Assembly: GCA_965261735.1 (NCBI GenBank)
Contig: OZ253470.1
Coordinates: forward strand, 3,744,001-3,808,000
Direction: 5' to 3'
Source: Alphaproteobacteria bacterium
Lineage (GTDB): Bacteria; Pseudomonadota; Alphaproteobacteria; SHVV01
DNA: 64,000 bases
Below are positions 46,101 to 57,811 of the stretch, in pieces (the first letter of the stretch is position 1; each line of letters opens with the position of its first letter). A program made the translations under genes and the position numbers. The notes beneath the pieces are model-generated. The model was not told the DNA's origin and did not search any database. It worked only from the letters and a program-made list of their open reading frames with translations.

Positions 46101-47269
46101 CGCCGCGGCGCGTCTCGGAGCGTCTCGACCGGATGATAGCGTCCGTCATCACCGATGACCGTCAGGAAAACCGCTTCGGACCCCTGATTGTCGGCGGCGC
46201 CGTAGCGCAGTTCGAAACCGTCGAGATCGACCGCCTCCAGACGCCTCAGACCGTCGAGAAAACAGGTCCGATCAGGCCGCTGGCCGCACAGTTCGAGCGC
46301 GACGATGGCAAGGCGTCCGGCGAGATATCCTTCGAAGGAGACGAAACCGGGCCGCGCTTCGGGCGCGTGCGCCGCCAGCGCCCGGCGATAGGCCGCGGCG
46401 ACGGGGGGCCGGTCCTCCGTCGGTAAAGGTACGACCTGGGTGACAAAGACGCCGGCCCCGGCCGGGCCGAGCGCGCGCGCCAGGGCGTTACTGCCGACGA
46501 AGGAGATGGTGATGAATACCGGCTCGAACCCGATGTGCCGCGCCCAACTGATTAGAGTCGCGACCGGCTGGTAGGCGCCGACCAGGATCACCGCGTCGGG
46601 GTCGCCAGCGCGCAGGTCCAGAAGGGCGGTTTTGACCGCAGTGGTGTTGCGCGGGTAGACGCCGGTCGCCACCGGCTTCAAATCGCGCCGGCCGAGCGCC
46701 TGCCGCACGCCGCGATAACCCGCGCGGCCGAAGGAATCGTCCTGATACAACACCGCGATGCGGTCGATGCCGAGATCGCGCATCAGGCGATCGACCATTG
46801 CTTCGGTCTCCTGGAAATAGGAGGCGCGCAGATTAATCACGTTGCGCCACCTTGCCTCGCGCAGGAACGCGGCGCCGGTGAAGGGCGCGACATAGGGCAC
46901 GCCGGCGGAAGCGGCGATCGGCGTCGCCGAGCGCGAGGTCGGTGTGCCGACGGCGCCGATCAGGGCGAACACGCCGTCCTCGAAGATCAGTCGGCGGGTG
47001 TTGGCGATCGCGGCTTCCGGCTCATAGGCATCGTCCAGCGACAACAGCTCGAGGCGGCGGCCGAAGACGCCGCCGCGCGCGTTCGCCTCGTCAAAGGCCG
47101 CCTCGATCCCGAGCCGCATGTTGCGGCCGAGATCCTGGGCCGGGCCGCTGAAGGCCGCGGACTGGCCGAACAGGACACGCCCGCTGGAGACTCCGGGCGC
47201 GTCGGCCAAGGCCGGTGTCGCCAAGCCCAAGGCCACCACCAGAAAGGCGACCCCGCGCCGGCCCGTCAC
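46097..47269 (-). CDS. Periplasmic binding protein (Liv-like), probably accessory to the kinase
   Basis: GQSAAFSGP and LDDAYEP motifs; 4-bp overlap with the kinase gene. Confidence 0.88.
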   Translation of the reverse strand: MTGRRGVAFLVVALGLATPALADAPGVSSGRVLFGQSAAFSGPAQDLGRNMRLGIEAAFDEANARGGVFGRRLELLSLDDAYEPEAAIANTRRLIFEDGVFALIGAVGTPTSRSATPIAASAGVPYVAPFTGAAFLREARWRNVINLRASYFQETEAMVDRLMRDLGIDRIAVLYQDDSFGRAGYRGVRQALGRRDLKPVATGVYPRNTTAVKTALLDLRAGDPDAVILVGAYQPVATLISWARHIGFEPVFITISFVGSNALARALGPAGAGVFVTQVVPLPTEDRPPVAAAYRRALAAHAPEARPGFVSFEGYLAGRLAIVALELCGQRPDRTCFLDGLRRLEAVDLDGFELRYGAADNQGSEAVFLTVIGDDGRYHPVETLRDAPRR

Positions 47270-47682
47270 CCATCCCTCCGCTTGACCAGAGTCAGGCGGT
47301 TTCGGCCCCCTTCGCGGCGATAGCTCGCCTCCTCGACCATGGTGCGCACGAGATGGACGCCGAGCCCGCCGACGGGGCGGTCCTCGATCCCAGAGCTGGT
47401 ATCGGGCGGGGGGCTCTCGGTCAACGGATCGAAAGGGCGGCCCCCGTCGCTGAATTCGATGGTCACCCGGTCCGGATCGGAAACCAGCTCGATTTCGGCC
47501 GCCCCGCCCGCGCCGCCGCCGTGCTTCACGACATTGATCGCCAGTTCCTCGATAGCCAGCTTGATCTGAAACTCAAGCCGGGCAGACCAGCTCTCCCGCC
47601 GCGCGAACGCCTCGATCGCCGCGTTGATGCGGGGAAACTCGTCGAGTGTCGTCTCCATGCGCAGCGACAGTTCCGCGCTCAC
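47266..47682 (-). CDS. Anti-sigma factor / Ser kinase (RsbW-like)
   Basis: EELAINVVKHG, DGGRPFDP and GGLGVHLV motifs. Confidence 0.9.
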   Translation of the reverse strand: MSAELSLRMETTLDEFPRINAAIEAFARRESWSARLEFQIKLAIEELAINVVKHGGGAGGAAEIELVSDPDRVTIEFSDGGRPFDPLTESPPPDTSSGIEDRPVGGLGVHLVRTMVEEASYRREGGRNRLTLVKRRDG

Positions 47683-48848
47683 CCCTCCCCCTTACCGCGC
47701 CACAACGTCAGACAGGTGATGTCGTCGAACTGGGGCGCGCCGTCGGCGAACGAGTGTACCGCATCGAACACCGCTGCGGTGACGCCGCGGGCGTCGCCGG
47801 GCGGGCCGGCGGCGAAAAGCTCGCGCAGCCGGTCGAGGCCGAACTGCCCGCCGTCGCCGTTCTCCGCCTCGGTCACGCCGTCGGTGTAGAAGACCACCGC
47901 CTCGTCCGGCGACAGGATCACCGACCCCTTGCCGTATTCGACATCGGGGGCGATCCCGAGGGCGACCCCCTCGGTCGTCGGCAGTAGCGTCGTGGTCCCG
48001 TCGTCGTGCAGAACGAGCGGCGGATTGTGCCCGCCATTGACATAAACGAGTTCGCCGCTGGCCGGATCGAAGACCGCCAGGAAGACGGTGACGAACATCG
48101 CTGCGTCGTTGTTCTCGCAGAGCAGATGATTGACCTCGCGCATCATATCGCCCGGATCGGAATGACCGATCGCGGCACCCCTGAGCAAGGTGCGGCTGGA
48201 CATCATGAACAACGCCGCCGGGACGCCCTTGTCCGAGACATCGGCCACCGCGAGTCCGACGCGATCGCCGGGCAGCGGCAGCACGTCGAAAAAGTCCCCG
48301 CCGACCGCGCGCGCCGGCTCCATCCTGGCGAAGACCCGGTAGCCAGCGGTCTCGGGAAAGCTCGTCGGCAGGATCGATTGCTGCATCCGGCTGGCCAGAT
48401 CGAGCTCGTTTTCCAGCGCGACCAGCTTGTCCCGGGATTCGAGGGCCGAGCGCCACAGCCCGATATGCTCCAGGGTGCGGCCGATGGTGAGCCGCAGATC
48501 CTCGAAATCGATCGGCTTGGTGACGAAATCGAAGGCGCCTCGGTTCATCGCCGTGCGGATGTTCTTCATGTCGCCATAGGCGGAGACCACCACCGAGCGC
48601 ACATTGGGATCGACCGCCGGGATCTGCTCGAGCAGCGTTAGGCCGTCCATCTCGGGCATGTTGATGTCCGAGAGGACCATGTCGATGTCCTGATGCTCCC
48701 TCAATCGCGCGAGCGCTTCGATCCCGTTGCGCGCGAACACGAACTCATACTGTCCGCCGCGAATCTCGCGGCGCATGCGTTGGCGCACGAGCTGTTCCAC
48801 ATCCGGCTCGTCGTCGACCACCAGTATCTTGTTGGGCTCTCGCTTGAT
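47679..48848 (-). CDS. Receiver + SpoIIE/PP2C phosphatase (RsbU-like); start uncertain
   Basis: ILVVDDE, SDINMP, VGGDFFD, ADVSDKG, YTDGVTEA and DDIT motifs. Confidence 0.9.
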   Translation of the reverse strand: MKREPNKILVVDDEPDVEQLVRQRMRREIRGGQYEFVFARNGIEALARLREHQDIDMVLSDINMPEMDGLTLLEQIPAVDPNVRSVVVSAYGDMKNIRTAMNRGAFDFVTKPIDFEDLRLTIGRTLEHIGLWRSALESRDKLVALENELDLASRMQQSILPTSFPETAGYRVFARMEPARAVGGDFFDVLPLPGDRVGLAVADVSDKGVPAALFMMSSRTLLRGAAIGHSDPGDMMREVNHLLCENNDAAMFVTVFLAVFDPASGELVYVNGGHNPPLVLHDDGTTTLLPTTEGVALGIAPDVEYGKGSVILSPDEAVVFYTDGVTEAENGDGGQFGLDRLRELFAAGPPGDARGVTAAVFDAVHSFADGAPQFDDITCLTLWRGKGEG

Positions 48849-48960
48849 CGCACCCTCCCACTTTGCCCTACAATGGAAAGATCGCTCCGTCTTTGTCGTC
48901 CCTTGGTCGTTGCTGCCCGGCCAGCGACCCCTTGGCACCCGGCTCCGGGATACCGAGGGG

Positions 48961-49275
48961 CTAATTCCGCGTTCGCGGCTGAATACCGTACTCACGCAGC
49001 GTGCTCTCCAGGGTCGGTCGGCCAAGGCCGATCCGGCCGTCGTTCAACAAGTAGGAGAACACGTAACCTAAGCCGAGGATCAGCACGCCAATCAGAAAAC
49101 AGTAGGTGACGGCGCGATCGGGATACTGGTCCTTCAGATAACCGACATAGAGCGGGCCGAAGATGCCCGTCGCCGCCCAGGCTGTCAACACCGCCCCGTA
49201 GATCACCGACATCCGCTTGGCACCGAAGACGTCGAGAACGAAGGAGGGCATAGTCGCGAAGCCTGGCCCGCGGCG
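48961..49275 (-). pseudogene. OFA-type MFS transporter, C-terminal fragment
   Basis: GFATMPSFVLDVFGAK...IYGAVLTAW motif. Confidence 0.7.
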
Positions 49276-49283
49276 CGGCGGGA

Positions 49284-50026
49284 TCAGACACGACCGCCCG
49301 GTCGCGCGCCCTCGGCCACTGATGTCTCGGCGGCACCGGTGACATAGAGAAAGAGGCGGGCGCGTTCTCCGATGTCGTCATTGCGGGCGAGCAGCCGGTC
49401 GTCCGTCGCTACGCTGTCGTCGCGCGCGAGGCCCACTGCATAGGCAAGAAGCCTTTCGATCGGCTTGGCGGCGAGATTGACGAACCAGATGGCGGCGAAG
49501 ACGCCGACGACGAATATTATCGAGATCAGATAGACCTGTTGGCCGATCGCCCGCTGAATCTTCAGGACGATCAGCCCCATGTCCATGCCGATGTGAACGC
49601 TGCCGGCGACGCCGGTGAGAATCGGGCTGCTGACCTCGACGAAATCGCCCATTCCGGGCAGGCTGCGCTCGATGGTCGCGGTGCTGAACGGATCGCTGTT
49701 CCGGATCTCTTCGGGGATGCCCTTGCTGTTGCTCTCGTATTCCTTCGACAGATGGATATCGACCGTGTAGATACACAGAATCGAGGTCGATACGCCGATC
49801 AGGCCAAACAGGAAGAAAATGCCGAACAACGTCCTCTGAAACCGCGATAGAGCTCGATGCCGAGCCCTCGCGACGGGCCGGAGAACGCAGCCGACATGCC
49901 GAGGACGATCTCCGACTCGCTTAGTCCAGTCGTTTCCGTAGCCACACCAAGAGAGATTGACAAGGGCGCCATCAGGCATCCTCCAAGACCGGAGCGGAGC
50001 ATTGTTCGCCTTGTCATCCGCTGCAT
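49284..50026 (-). pseudogene. Deleted gene: solute-binding-protein N-terminus joined to a membrane/HAMP-like C-terminus
   Basis: IVLGMSAAFSGPSRGLG (paralogous to 46097-47269) abuts TM segments in another frame. Confidence 0.55.
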
Positions 50027-50055
50027 CGCATGCGGCCCGCGCGCTCCTGGCTAAG

Positions 50056-51210
50056 CTAGTGGATTGATCGGAACGAAAGAGTCCGATTTGAGATTCCGTA
50101 TTGTGCGGTGTCATGCGAGTCTGTGCTATGCGCACCGGCATCCATTTTACTGTCACGTCTGGCGACCGTCAGCGATTGCAAGCTATCGTCGCGGACCCGA
50201 AGAGCTCGCAGAAACATGTCTGGCGGGCGCGGATCATCCTGAAGAGCGACGAGGGGCTCGGGAACTCGTCGATCATGGCCGAGACCGGCAAGTCCAAGAC
50301 CTGTGTCTGGCGCTGGCAGGAGCGGTTCATGCACGAGGGTGTCAACGGCTTGCTTCGCGACAGGTCCCGTCCGCCTGGCAAAGCGCCGATCCCGCCGGAG
50401 CGCGTCGCCGAGATCGTCCGCCTGACCCAGCAAGCGCCGCCGCACGAGGCGACCCACTGGACGCTGCGCGCGATGGCGAAGGTTGCTGGCGTCGCGGCGT
50501 CGACGGTCCAATCGATCTGGAAGGCCCATGGCCTCAGCCCGCACCGCTGGCGGCACTTCAAGCTCTCCAATGATCCCGCCTTCGCCGAGAAGCTCACAGA
50601 TATCGTCGGCTTGTATGTCGATCCGCCGGCCCATGCCGTGGTGCTGTCGGTTGATGAGAAATCACAGATCCAGGCGCTCGACCGCACCCAACCCGGCTTG
50701 CCGATGAAGAAGGGCCGCGCCGGTACGATGACCTATGATTACAAACGGCATGGCACGACGACGCTGTTCGCCGCGCTCAACGTGCTGGACGGTACGGTCA
50801 TCGCACAGAACATGCAGCGCCACCGCCATCAGGAGTTCATCCGCTTCCTCAACCGCATCGAGCGCGAGGTGCCGACGGACAAGGCCGTCCACGTCATCCT
50901 CGACAACTACGCCGCGCACAAGAAGGACAAGGTCCGCGCCTGGCTCGCCCGCCATCCACGCTGGACCTTCCACTTCACGCCAACCTCGTGCTCGTGGCTC
51001 AATGCCGTCGAGGGCTTCTTCGCCAAACTAACGCGGCGCAGGCTCAAATACGGCGTCTTCCAATCCGTCGTCGACCTTCAGGACGCCATCAACCGATTTG
51101 TCCGCGAATACAATGACGCAAACCCAAAACCCTTCATCTGGAAAGCCGACCCCGATCATATCATCGCCGCACGAAACAGAGGGTTCCAAACGTTGGAATC
51201 AATCCACTAG
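50056..51210 (+). mobile_element. IS630-family element (copy 2, inverted relative to copy 1)
   Basis: Near-identical to 9897-11051; CTAG at both ends. Confidence 0.95.
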
Positions 51211-51331
51211 CCCTAGTGGGTGTGGGTGTAACCCGGATAGGCAAGGATCAACCCACCCGCCACTTCCACAACAGGAGAAACGAGTCAGTAAATAGAAACC
51301 GTCGGTGTCTCAAAGTCGTTGACAGGTTCCG
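51207..51331. mobile_element. Displaced IS1595-A outer end (51207-51245) plus IS3 right end (51246-51331)
   Basis: Complements the truncated elements at 11048 and 12043. Confidence 0.9.
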
Positions 51332-51381
51332 GATTCTTACGCGCTGGTGCGCCCGCATATCGCGAGGGTGCAGATCGGCGA

Positions 51382-52065
51382 TTAGCGGCAGAACGGCCAG
51401 ACTTGATACCAGGAGTCGCACCGAAAGCTGGATTCACAGCGCACAAGCTGCGCTCTATAACGATCCGAGGTCGCAGCGACCCGCCGGGCGGCACGCTGCA
51501 CCTTCGGCTTGTCCCTCCAGGTGCCCCGCCGATATCCGCCCTGCCCTTCGTGGTAGGCGAGGTAGAGGCGCTGCGCGTCGGTGAGGGGTATGCCGAGCTG
51601 ACGTCTGGTTCGGTGGTTGTACCAGCCGATGAAGTCCAGGGCATCTTCCATGTCGCCGCGGCTGCGGAACAGACGTCCCCGCTCCGCTTGGTATTCGTTC
51701 CAGACCGGATCCTGTGCCTGCGCATAACCCTTGGCAGAAGACGGACGGCCGAGCGGTATGAACCAGAGCCATTGGCGCGGCGGCCGGGCGTCGCCCCGAT
51801 AACTCGATTCGTGGCGCACGAACGACATCTGCACGTGGATCGGTGTTCCCCAGCGGCTTGCGGACTTCCGGGCATAGTCATACCAGTCGGGGTACTGCCG
51901 GAACACCTCGCAGATATCCGCCTGTCGTGTCGGCGGCGATGCGGTGCCACAGCCGGCGAGCGGTATCAATGCGGCCAACAACACGGCCGCGACCAATTTG
52001 GGAGAATCGCAGACCGCTGTCCGCAAGTCGGACAGCCGGAAAGACAAGCGCACTGGCTGCTGCAT
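51382..52065 (-). CDS. SLT/lysozyme-like lipoprotein
   Basis: LAGC lipobox; FVRHESSY, SSAKGYAQA and YLAYHEG motifs. Confidence 0.8.
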   Translation of the reverse strand: MQQPVRLSFRLSDLRTAVCDSPKLVAAVLLAALIPLAGCGTASPPTRQADICEVFRQYPDWYDYARKSASRWGTPIHVQMSFVRHESSYRGDARPPRQWLWFIPLGRPSSAKGYAQAQDPVWNEYQAERGRLFRSRGDMEDALDFIGWYNHRTRRQLGIPLTDAQRLYLAYHEGQGGYRRGTWRDKPKVQRAARRVAATSDRYRAQLVRCESSFRCDSWYQVWPFCR

Positions 52066-52121
52066 TCGGTCCTCTTACTGATTTCCCCCGCCTCAGATTC
52101 CTCCTCGGGGCCCGGGCGATC

Positions 52122-52268
52122 GATCGTGTCCCGCGGAGTGGTGTAAGAGCGTTGCGCTCTACGCGGCTCCCGGCGGGTAGGGCCGGGACGTTCAGGCTGC
52201 CACGGTGGGCAGCGTGATGGGGACACCATCGCTCAGCGGAGCGATGGATTCCAGCGTCATGTATCTCC
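52122..52268 (-). mobile_element. IS256 right-end fragment
   Basis: Identical to 25854-26000. Confidence 0.92.
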
Positions 52269-53194
52269 CTTGCCTATCCAGTTAACGCCCATGACCGCTA
52301 CATGTAGGGTGCCGCCACTCTCCCGAGTAAAGCTCGGCATAGGTTGGAGCAGAGGTGTCGCCCGCGATGCCGAGCAATGAGCGGAAGGCGTTGAACGGGT
52401 AGAACCGCCTGTTGAAGCGGAAGGTGAACTCGTTGAGGTAGGCTTGTAGGTGCTGGTGGCTAACGCCGTGGTGGATACCGATCAGCCACGTCTTCAGGTT
52501 GGCGAAAACCAGATGGATGATCGGCAGGTATTGCTCGGCAACCTCTGGATCACCACACTCGGCAACAGCGAAGTGCTCATAGCCGCGCTTCCCGAGGCCA
52601 GCATAGCCGCTCCAATCGTCAGTAACGATCAGCGATCGCGGCGCGACGGTGCTCTCGACGAACCCACAGAGCGACTCGGCGCTACGGTCGAGCACGACGG
52701 CGAGCCGAACGCGTCCGGTTGGGCCGCACCATGCCCGAGCGGAGCTTGTGGAGAATTTGAAAGGCCGTCTCGTAGCGCGAAAGACCAAGTTGCCGCTGAA
52801 ACTGCACGGCGGACATGCCGGGCGTCTGACTGGCGACCAGATAAGCGGCCCAGAACCAGACGTTCAGCGGAGTGTGGCTACGCTCCATCACTGTTCCCAC
52901 CGTCAGCCCGGTGTTCTGGCGGCACTTGCGGCAGCGCAGGACGCCAGGGCGGTTTTCAAAGTGGAACGGCTCTCCCGCCGTGCCGCAGTGCGGGCAGGCA
53001 AAGCCGTCTCCCCAGCGGGCTTTCTCCAGGTAGGCGGCGCAGGCCGCATCATCGGGGAAAAGTCGCTGGAACTCGGGTAGCGAATGCGGGAATGGGAGAC
53101 CGGCGCGGTCGAGAACATCCATGGCGCGCTCCCCTATATCCGGGTTGCGCCCATCCTAGCCCTAGTGGGTGTGGGTGTAAACCGGATAGGCAAG
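52269..53194 (-). mobile_element. IS1595 element A with ~179-bp internal deletion
   Basis: Both IRs present; flanks do not match. Confidence 0.95.
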
Positions 53195-54750
53195 ACTCGT
53201 TTCTCCTGTTGTGGAAGTGGCGGGTGGTTTGATCCAGACGGCTTCGGGAAGCGGGGCGGGTTTCGGGGTGCCGTGGACGAAGCGTTCGGGGTGAAGGGCC
53301 CAGGCGGCTTGCAGGGTACGTCCGCGCTGAGCCAGCACATCCGGTGCCCAGTGATGATGGACATCATCGGGGGTGAGCATCGCGATCCCGGCATGGCGGT
53401 GTTCGGTGTTGTACCAGGGGAAGAACGACCGGCAGAAGGCGATGGCGGCGGTAATGTCTTCGAAGCGCCCAGGGAAGCCGGGGTGATACTTCAGGGTCTT
53501 GAACTGCGCTTCGGAGAACGGGTTGTCATCGCTGACCTGGGGGCGGCTCAGAGAGCGGGTGACCCCGAGGTCGGCGAGGAGTTGGGCGGTACACTTGCTG
53601 GTCATCGGCGCGCCGCGGTCCGAATGCAGGGTGAGCACCTGGGGCTCGATGCCTTGCTTGAGACAGGTTTCCTCGATCAGCGTCGCGGCGAGCGCGGCGT
53701 TCTCCCGATCGGCAACCATCCAGCCCACGACGCAGCGGCTGAAGATGTCGAGCAAGACATAGAGGTAGAAGGACGTCCAGCGTTTGGGCCCCCGGAGCCG
53801 GGTGATATCCCAGGACCAGGTCTGGTTGGGGCCCGTGGCCACCAGCTCGGGCTTGGTGTAGCAGGGATGACTGCGCTGATTGCGCCGCTCTCGCACCGGC
53901 TAGTTCGCGGCCAGGATCCGGTATATCGTGCGCTCGGCGCACAGATACTGGCCTTCATCGAGCAGCGTCGCGACGACCTCGGCCGGTGACCGGTCGACGA
54001 AGCGCGGGCTGGCGAGCACGTCGAGGACGTGCGCGCGTTCGGACGCACACAGGGCCCGGGCGGGCGTAGGACGGGGCTGCTGATGCCCGGGAGCGGGCCT
54101 CTGACGACGGTAGAAGGAAGCCCGTGGCACCCCCAGCGCTCGGCACGCCGGCGCCACGCCGACCTGCGATGCGAGCGGCTGGACGGCCATCAGCAGTCCT
54201 TCCCGTGTTCGAGGCTGAATCCCAGCAGCCCGGCAACTTTTCCCTGGACGTCCAGGATCGTATGGGCGGTGTGCAGCTCCTTCTCCAGCCGAGCCACTTT
54301 CGCCTCGAGCTCGTGCACCTTCGCGCTGAGGGGGTTGCGCTCGGCGGGCTTCCGACCGCGTTTGCTCGGGGTCAGGCCTTGAAGCGACCCTTCACGCCGC
54401 GCCCTGCGCCATTCCGTCAGATGGGAGCTGTACAGCCCCTCGCGGCGAAGCAGCCGGCCCACCTCGCCGGGCTGCGTGCAGCTCTCTGCCTCCTCCAGAA
54501 TCCGCAGTCGATACTGCGCGGTGAACTTGCGCCTCTTCGGCTTGGCCACGACCTCCGGGTCCGGCGTTGGCCGCGCGTGGCTGGCACCGGCCCCGGGGGC
54601 CTCGTCGCGACGCTCCTCGACCCCCAGGGCCGGAGCGTCCATCTCTTGCAATGTCATCGATTCTCTCTCTGCGGTCATTGGTATTCACCTCCACCGCCCT
54701 ACAGTAATTCCAAGGGGGGCCGGTGTCTCAGTGAGGTTGGCAGAGAGGGC
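53195..54750 (-). mobile_element. IS3-family element copy 2 (orfB with the same TAG), 3' end cut by IS1595
   Basis: Near-identical to 12043-13566. Confidence 0.9.
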
Positions 54751-54889
54751 GGTACTTGGCTCTGGGGATATGGTGGCGACGCGATGCGTGGAACTTGAAA
54801 GGCATGACAAACTCTCAAAGACGGAAGCGGAGCCAGATATACTAACCCTCAGGTCCATGCACCAAAGCCAACAGAGAGGGGTCGGCGGC

Positions 54890-56251
54890 ATGCCGGGTAA
54901 GCGCAAAGCCATATGGGGGTGGATGTTCTTTGACTGGGCGAACCAGCCTTTCCACACCCTTATCCTCACCTTTACCTTCGCTCCTTATTTTGTCTCAAAG
55001 GTTGCCGCCGATCCTGCTCAAGGCCAAGCCGCGTGGGGCTACGCGATCTCCATCGGCTCAATCGTCATCGCGCTGATGGCCCCTGTGCTTGGCGCCGTGG
55101 CTGATGCGCGCGGGCCGCGCCGTCCCTGGATTCTCATCTTCTCCGCCCTCTATGTCGTTGGCGCCGCCGGGCTCTGGGGCGCGACGCCGGGGTTGGCCGA
55201 TCTGACGCCGGTCCTGGCCTTCCTCGTCGTCGCCCTGATCGGGGCGGAGTTCACCAGCGTCTTCACCAACTCACTATTGCCGGAGCTTGGAACGAAGGGA
55301 GGAATCGGCCGCATCTCCGGCTCGGGTTGGGCGATGGGATATTGGGGAGGGCTCGTAAGCCTGGTTATCGTGCTCGGCCTGATGGCGCCGATCCCGGGGT
55401 CGGAAAAAACCCTTATAGGTCTCGAACCTATCTTAGGCCTCGACCCGGCGTATGGCGAGAGCGCCCGCGCCACCGGCCCGATGTCGGCGATCTGGTACGT
55501 CGTCTTCATGATCCCCTTCTTCCTTTGGACCCCCGACGCGAAGCGCCGGCTGCACGCCTCAAACGCCGTCGTTAAAGGATTGAGGGATCTGAAAAACACG
55601 CTCGTCACCCTGCCGTTGAAGACCAGCCTGTTCGCCTATCTCATGTCCTCGATGTTCTATCGCGACGCGCTGAGCGGGCTCTATATCTTTGGCGGTATTT
55701 ATGCCGCGGGCGTGCTGGGGTGGGGAACGTTTCAACTTGGTGTTTTCGGGATAGTCGCTGCACTCGCCGGTGCGGTCGGGGCCTGGATCGGCGGCCGGGC
55801 GGATCAGCGGCTCGGGCCGAAACCGGTGATCGTATTCACAACCCTGGCTCTGATGACCGTCTCGGCAGTCATCATCACAACCAGTACGAATGAGGTTCTG
55901 TTCATCGGCGTCGGCACCCCGGAGGCGCCATCGGCTTTACCCACTATCGTTTTCTATATCTGCGGGGCCGTTATCGGCGCAGCGGGCGGATCGCTTCAGG
56001 CGGCATCGCGAACCATGCTCGTGCGGCAGGCCGATGAAACGCGGATGACCGAAGCGTTCGGCATCTACGCACTGGCCGGCAAAGCGACATCCTTCCTCGC
56101 GCCACTCCTTATCGCGCTGACGACCGACCTCACCGGCAGCCAACGCATCGGCGTCACCCCGGTCCTGCTGCTCTTCCTTGTCGGACTCGTCCTGATGGCT
56201 TGGGTGCGCGCGGACGGCGAGGACGGCAAGCCATCGGATCGGGTGCGATGA
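54890..56251 (+). CDS. MFS transporter (UMF1/BtlA-like)
   Basis: WGWMFFDWANQPF and GRISGSGWAMGYWGG motifs; ~12 TM segments. Confidence 0.88.
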   Translation: MPGKRKAIWGWMFFDWANQPFHTLILTFTFAPYFVSKVAADPAQGQAAWGYAISIGSIVIALMAPVLGAVADARGPRRPWILIFSALYVVGAAGLWGATPGLADLTPVLAFLVVALIGAEFTSVFTNSLLPELGTKGGIGRISGSGWAMGYWGGLVSLVIVLGLMAPIPGSEKTLIGLEPILGLDPAYGESARATGPMSAIWYVVFMIPFFLWTPDAKRRLHASNAVVKGLRDLKNTLVTLPLKTSLFAYLMSSMFYRDALSGLYIFGGIYAAGVLGWGTFQLGVFGIVAALAGAVGAWIGGRADQRLGPKPVIVFTTLALMTVSAVIITTSTNEVLFIGVGTPEAPSALPTIVFYICGAVIGAAGGSLQAASRTMLVRQADETRMTEAFGIYALAGKATSFLAPLLIALTTDLTGSQRIGVTPVLLLFLVGLVLMAWVRADGEDGKPSDRVR

Positions 56252-56317
56252 TTAAGAGTCGGTTTCGAAAGTCATGCGGCTCGGGCCAATCTGCGGACGA
56301 GGAGCATGACGGAGGCG

Positions 56318-56417
56318 ATCGCGGGCGACACCTCTGCTCCAACCTATGCCGAGCTTTACTCGGGAGAGTGGTGGCACCCTACATGTAGCGGTCATGGGCG
56401 TTAACCGGATAGGCAAG
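56318..56417 (+). mobile_element. IS1595 element A, right-end fragment
   Basis: 100-bp match ending in the IR. Confidence 0.93.
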
Positions 56418-56485
56418 GTTTGAACCTCCATCCGAAGGGGTAATAAGTCACCAGCACCAATACCCCAGCCAGCGTAAACGTTGTC

Positions 56486-56844
56486 GTGCGCAAGGCCAAG
56501 ACGCTTCGCTTGTATTCGCTTGACGCAGTCACACCTTCGCGGTCACGGGCGGCTGGACGGGGACGGCTCGCCGACGAAAGCGATCGTGAACTCGTGCTGG
56601 ATTGGTTTCGGGACTTCGCTGAGACAGTCGGCTTGCCCGCGCATCAGCGCGAAGCAATCCGCGACGAGGCGGCGGCGTTTCTGGAAGCCGGGACCGTCTA
56701 TGTCTGGGAGGACCGTGGCGACTGCCGCGCCATGGTGTCCCACACACCCGCGGGATTGGCGCCCGGGCGGATTCGTGCGGTGTACGCACCGCCGGGTTCT
56801 CGTGGGCACGGCTACGCGAGCGCGTGCGTGTGTTACGTCTGCCG
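56486..56844 (+). pseudogene. GNAT acetyltransferase fragment
   Basis: RIRAVYAPPGSRGHGYASA acetyl-CoA-binding motif; truncated by IS. Confidence 0.75.
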
Positions 56845-57811
56845 CCGATGATGCGGCCTGCGCCGCCTACCTGGAGAAAGCCCGCTGGGGAGACGGCTTT
56901 GCCTGCCCGCACTGCGGCACGGCGGGAGAGCCGTTCCACTTTGAAAACCGCCCTGGCGTCCTGCGCTGCCGCAAGTGCCGCCAGAACACCGGGCTGACGG
57001 TGGGAACAGTGATGGAGCGTAGCCACACTCCGCTGGAACGTCTGGTTCTGGGCCGCTTATCTGGTCGCCAGTCAGACGCCCGGCATGTCCGCCGTGCAGT
57101 TTCAGCGGCAACTTGGTCTTTCGCGCTACGAGACGGCCTTTCAAATTCTCCACAAGCTCCGCTCGGGCATGGTGCGGCCCAACCAAGACAGGATCGGTGG
57201 ACAGCCCAAGAACCATGTTGAGGTGGACGAAACCTGGGTTGGCGGGCGAACGCGTGGGGAAGGCCGTGGTGTTCACCACAAGGTTCCCGTCTCCTGTGCC
57301 ATCGAGGTGCGTCATCGAAAGCCGGGCACCAAGCTCGACAACCGGAAAGACGGACGCTATGCCGGACGCGTTCGGCTCGCCGTCGTGCTCGACCGTAGCG
57401 CCGAGTCGCTCTGTGGGTTCGTCGAGAGCACCGTCGCGCCGCGATCGCTGATCGTTACTGACGATTGGAGCGGCTATGCTGGCCTCGGTAAGCGCGGCTA
57501 TGAGCACTTCGCTGTTGCCGAGTGTGATGATCCAGAGGTTGCCGAGCAATACCTGCCGATCATCCATCTGGTTTTCGCCAACCTGAAGACGTGGCTGATC
57601 GGTATCCACCACGGCGTTAGCCACCAGCACCTACAAGCCTACCTCAACGAGTTCACCTTCCGCTTCAACAGGCGGTTCTACCCGTTCAACGCCTTCCGCT
57701 CATTGCTCGGCATCGCGGGCGACACCTCTGCTCCAACCTATGCCGAGCTTTACTCGGGAGAGTGGTGGCACCCTACATGTAGCAGTCATGGGCGTTAACC
57801 GGATAGGAAAG
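56845..57811 (+). mobile_element. IS1595 element A, 5'-truncated and frameshifted
   Basis: Identity to the other copies; right IR variant. Confidence 0.93.

Noticed and set aside
54476-56251. 591-aa MFS protein with a long N-terminal extension
   Set aside because: The extension is antisense IS3 sequence; the real start is probably 54890
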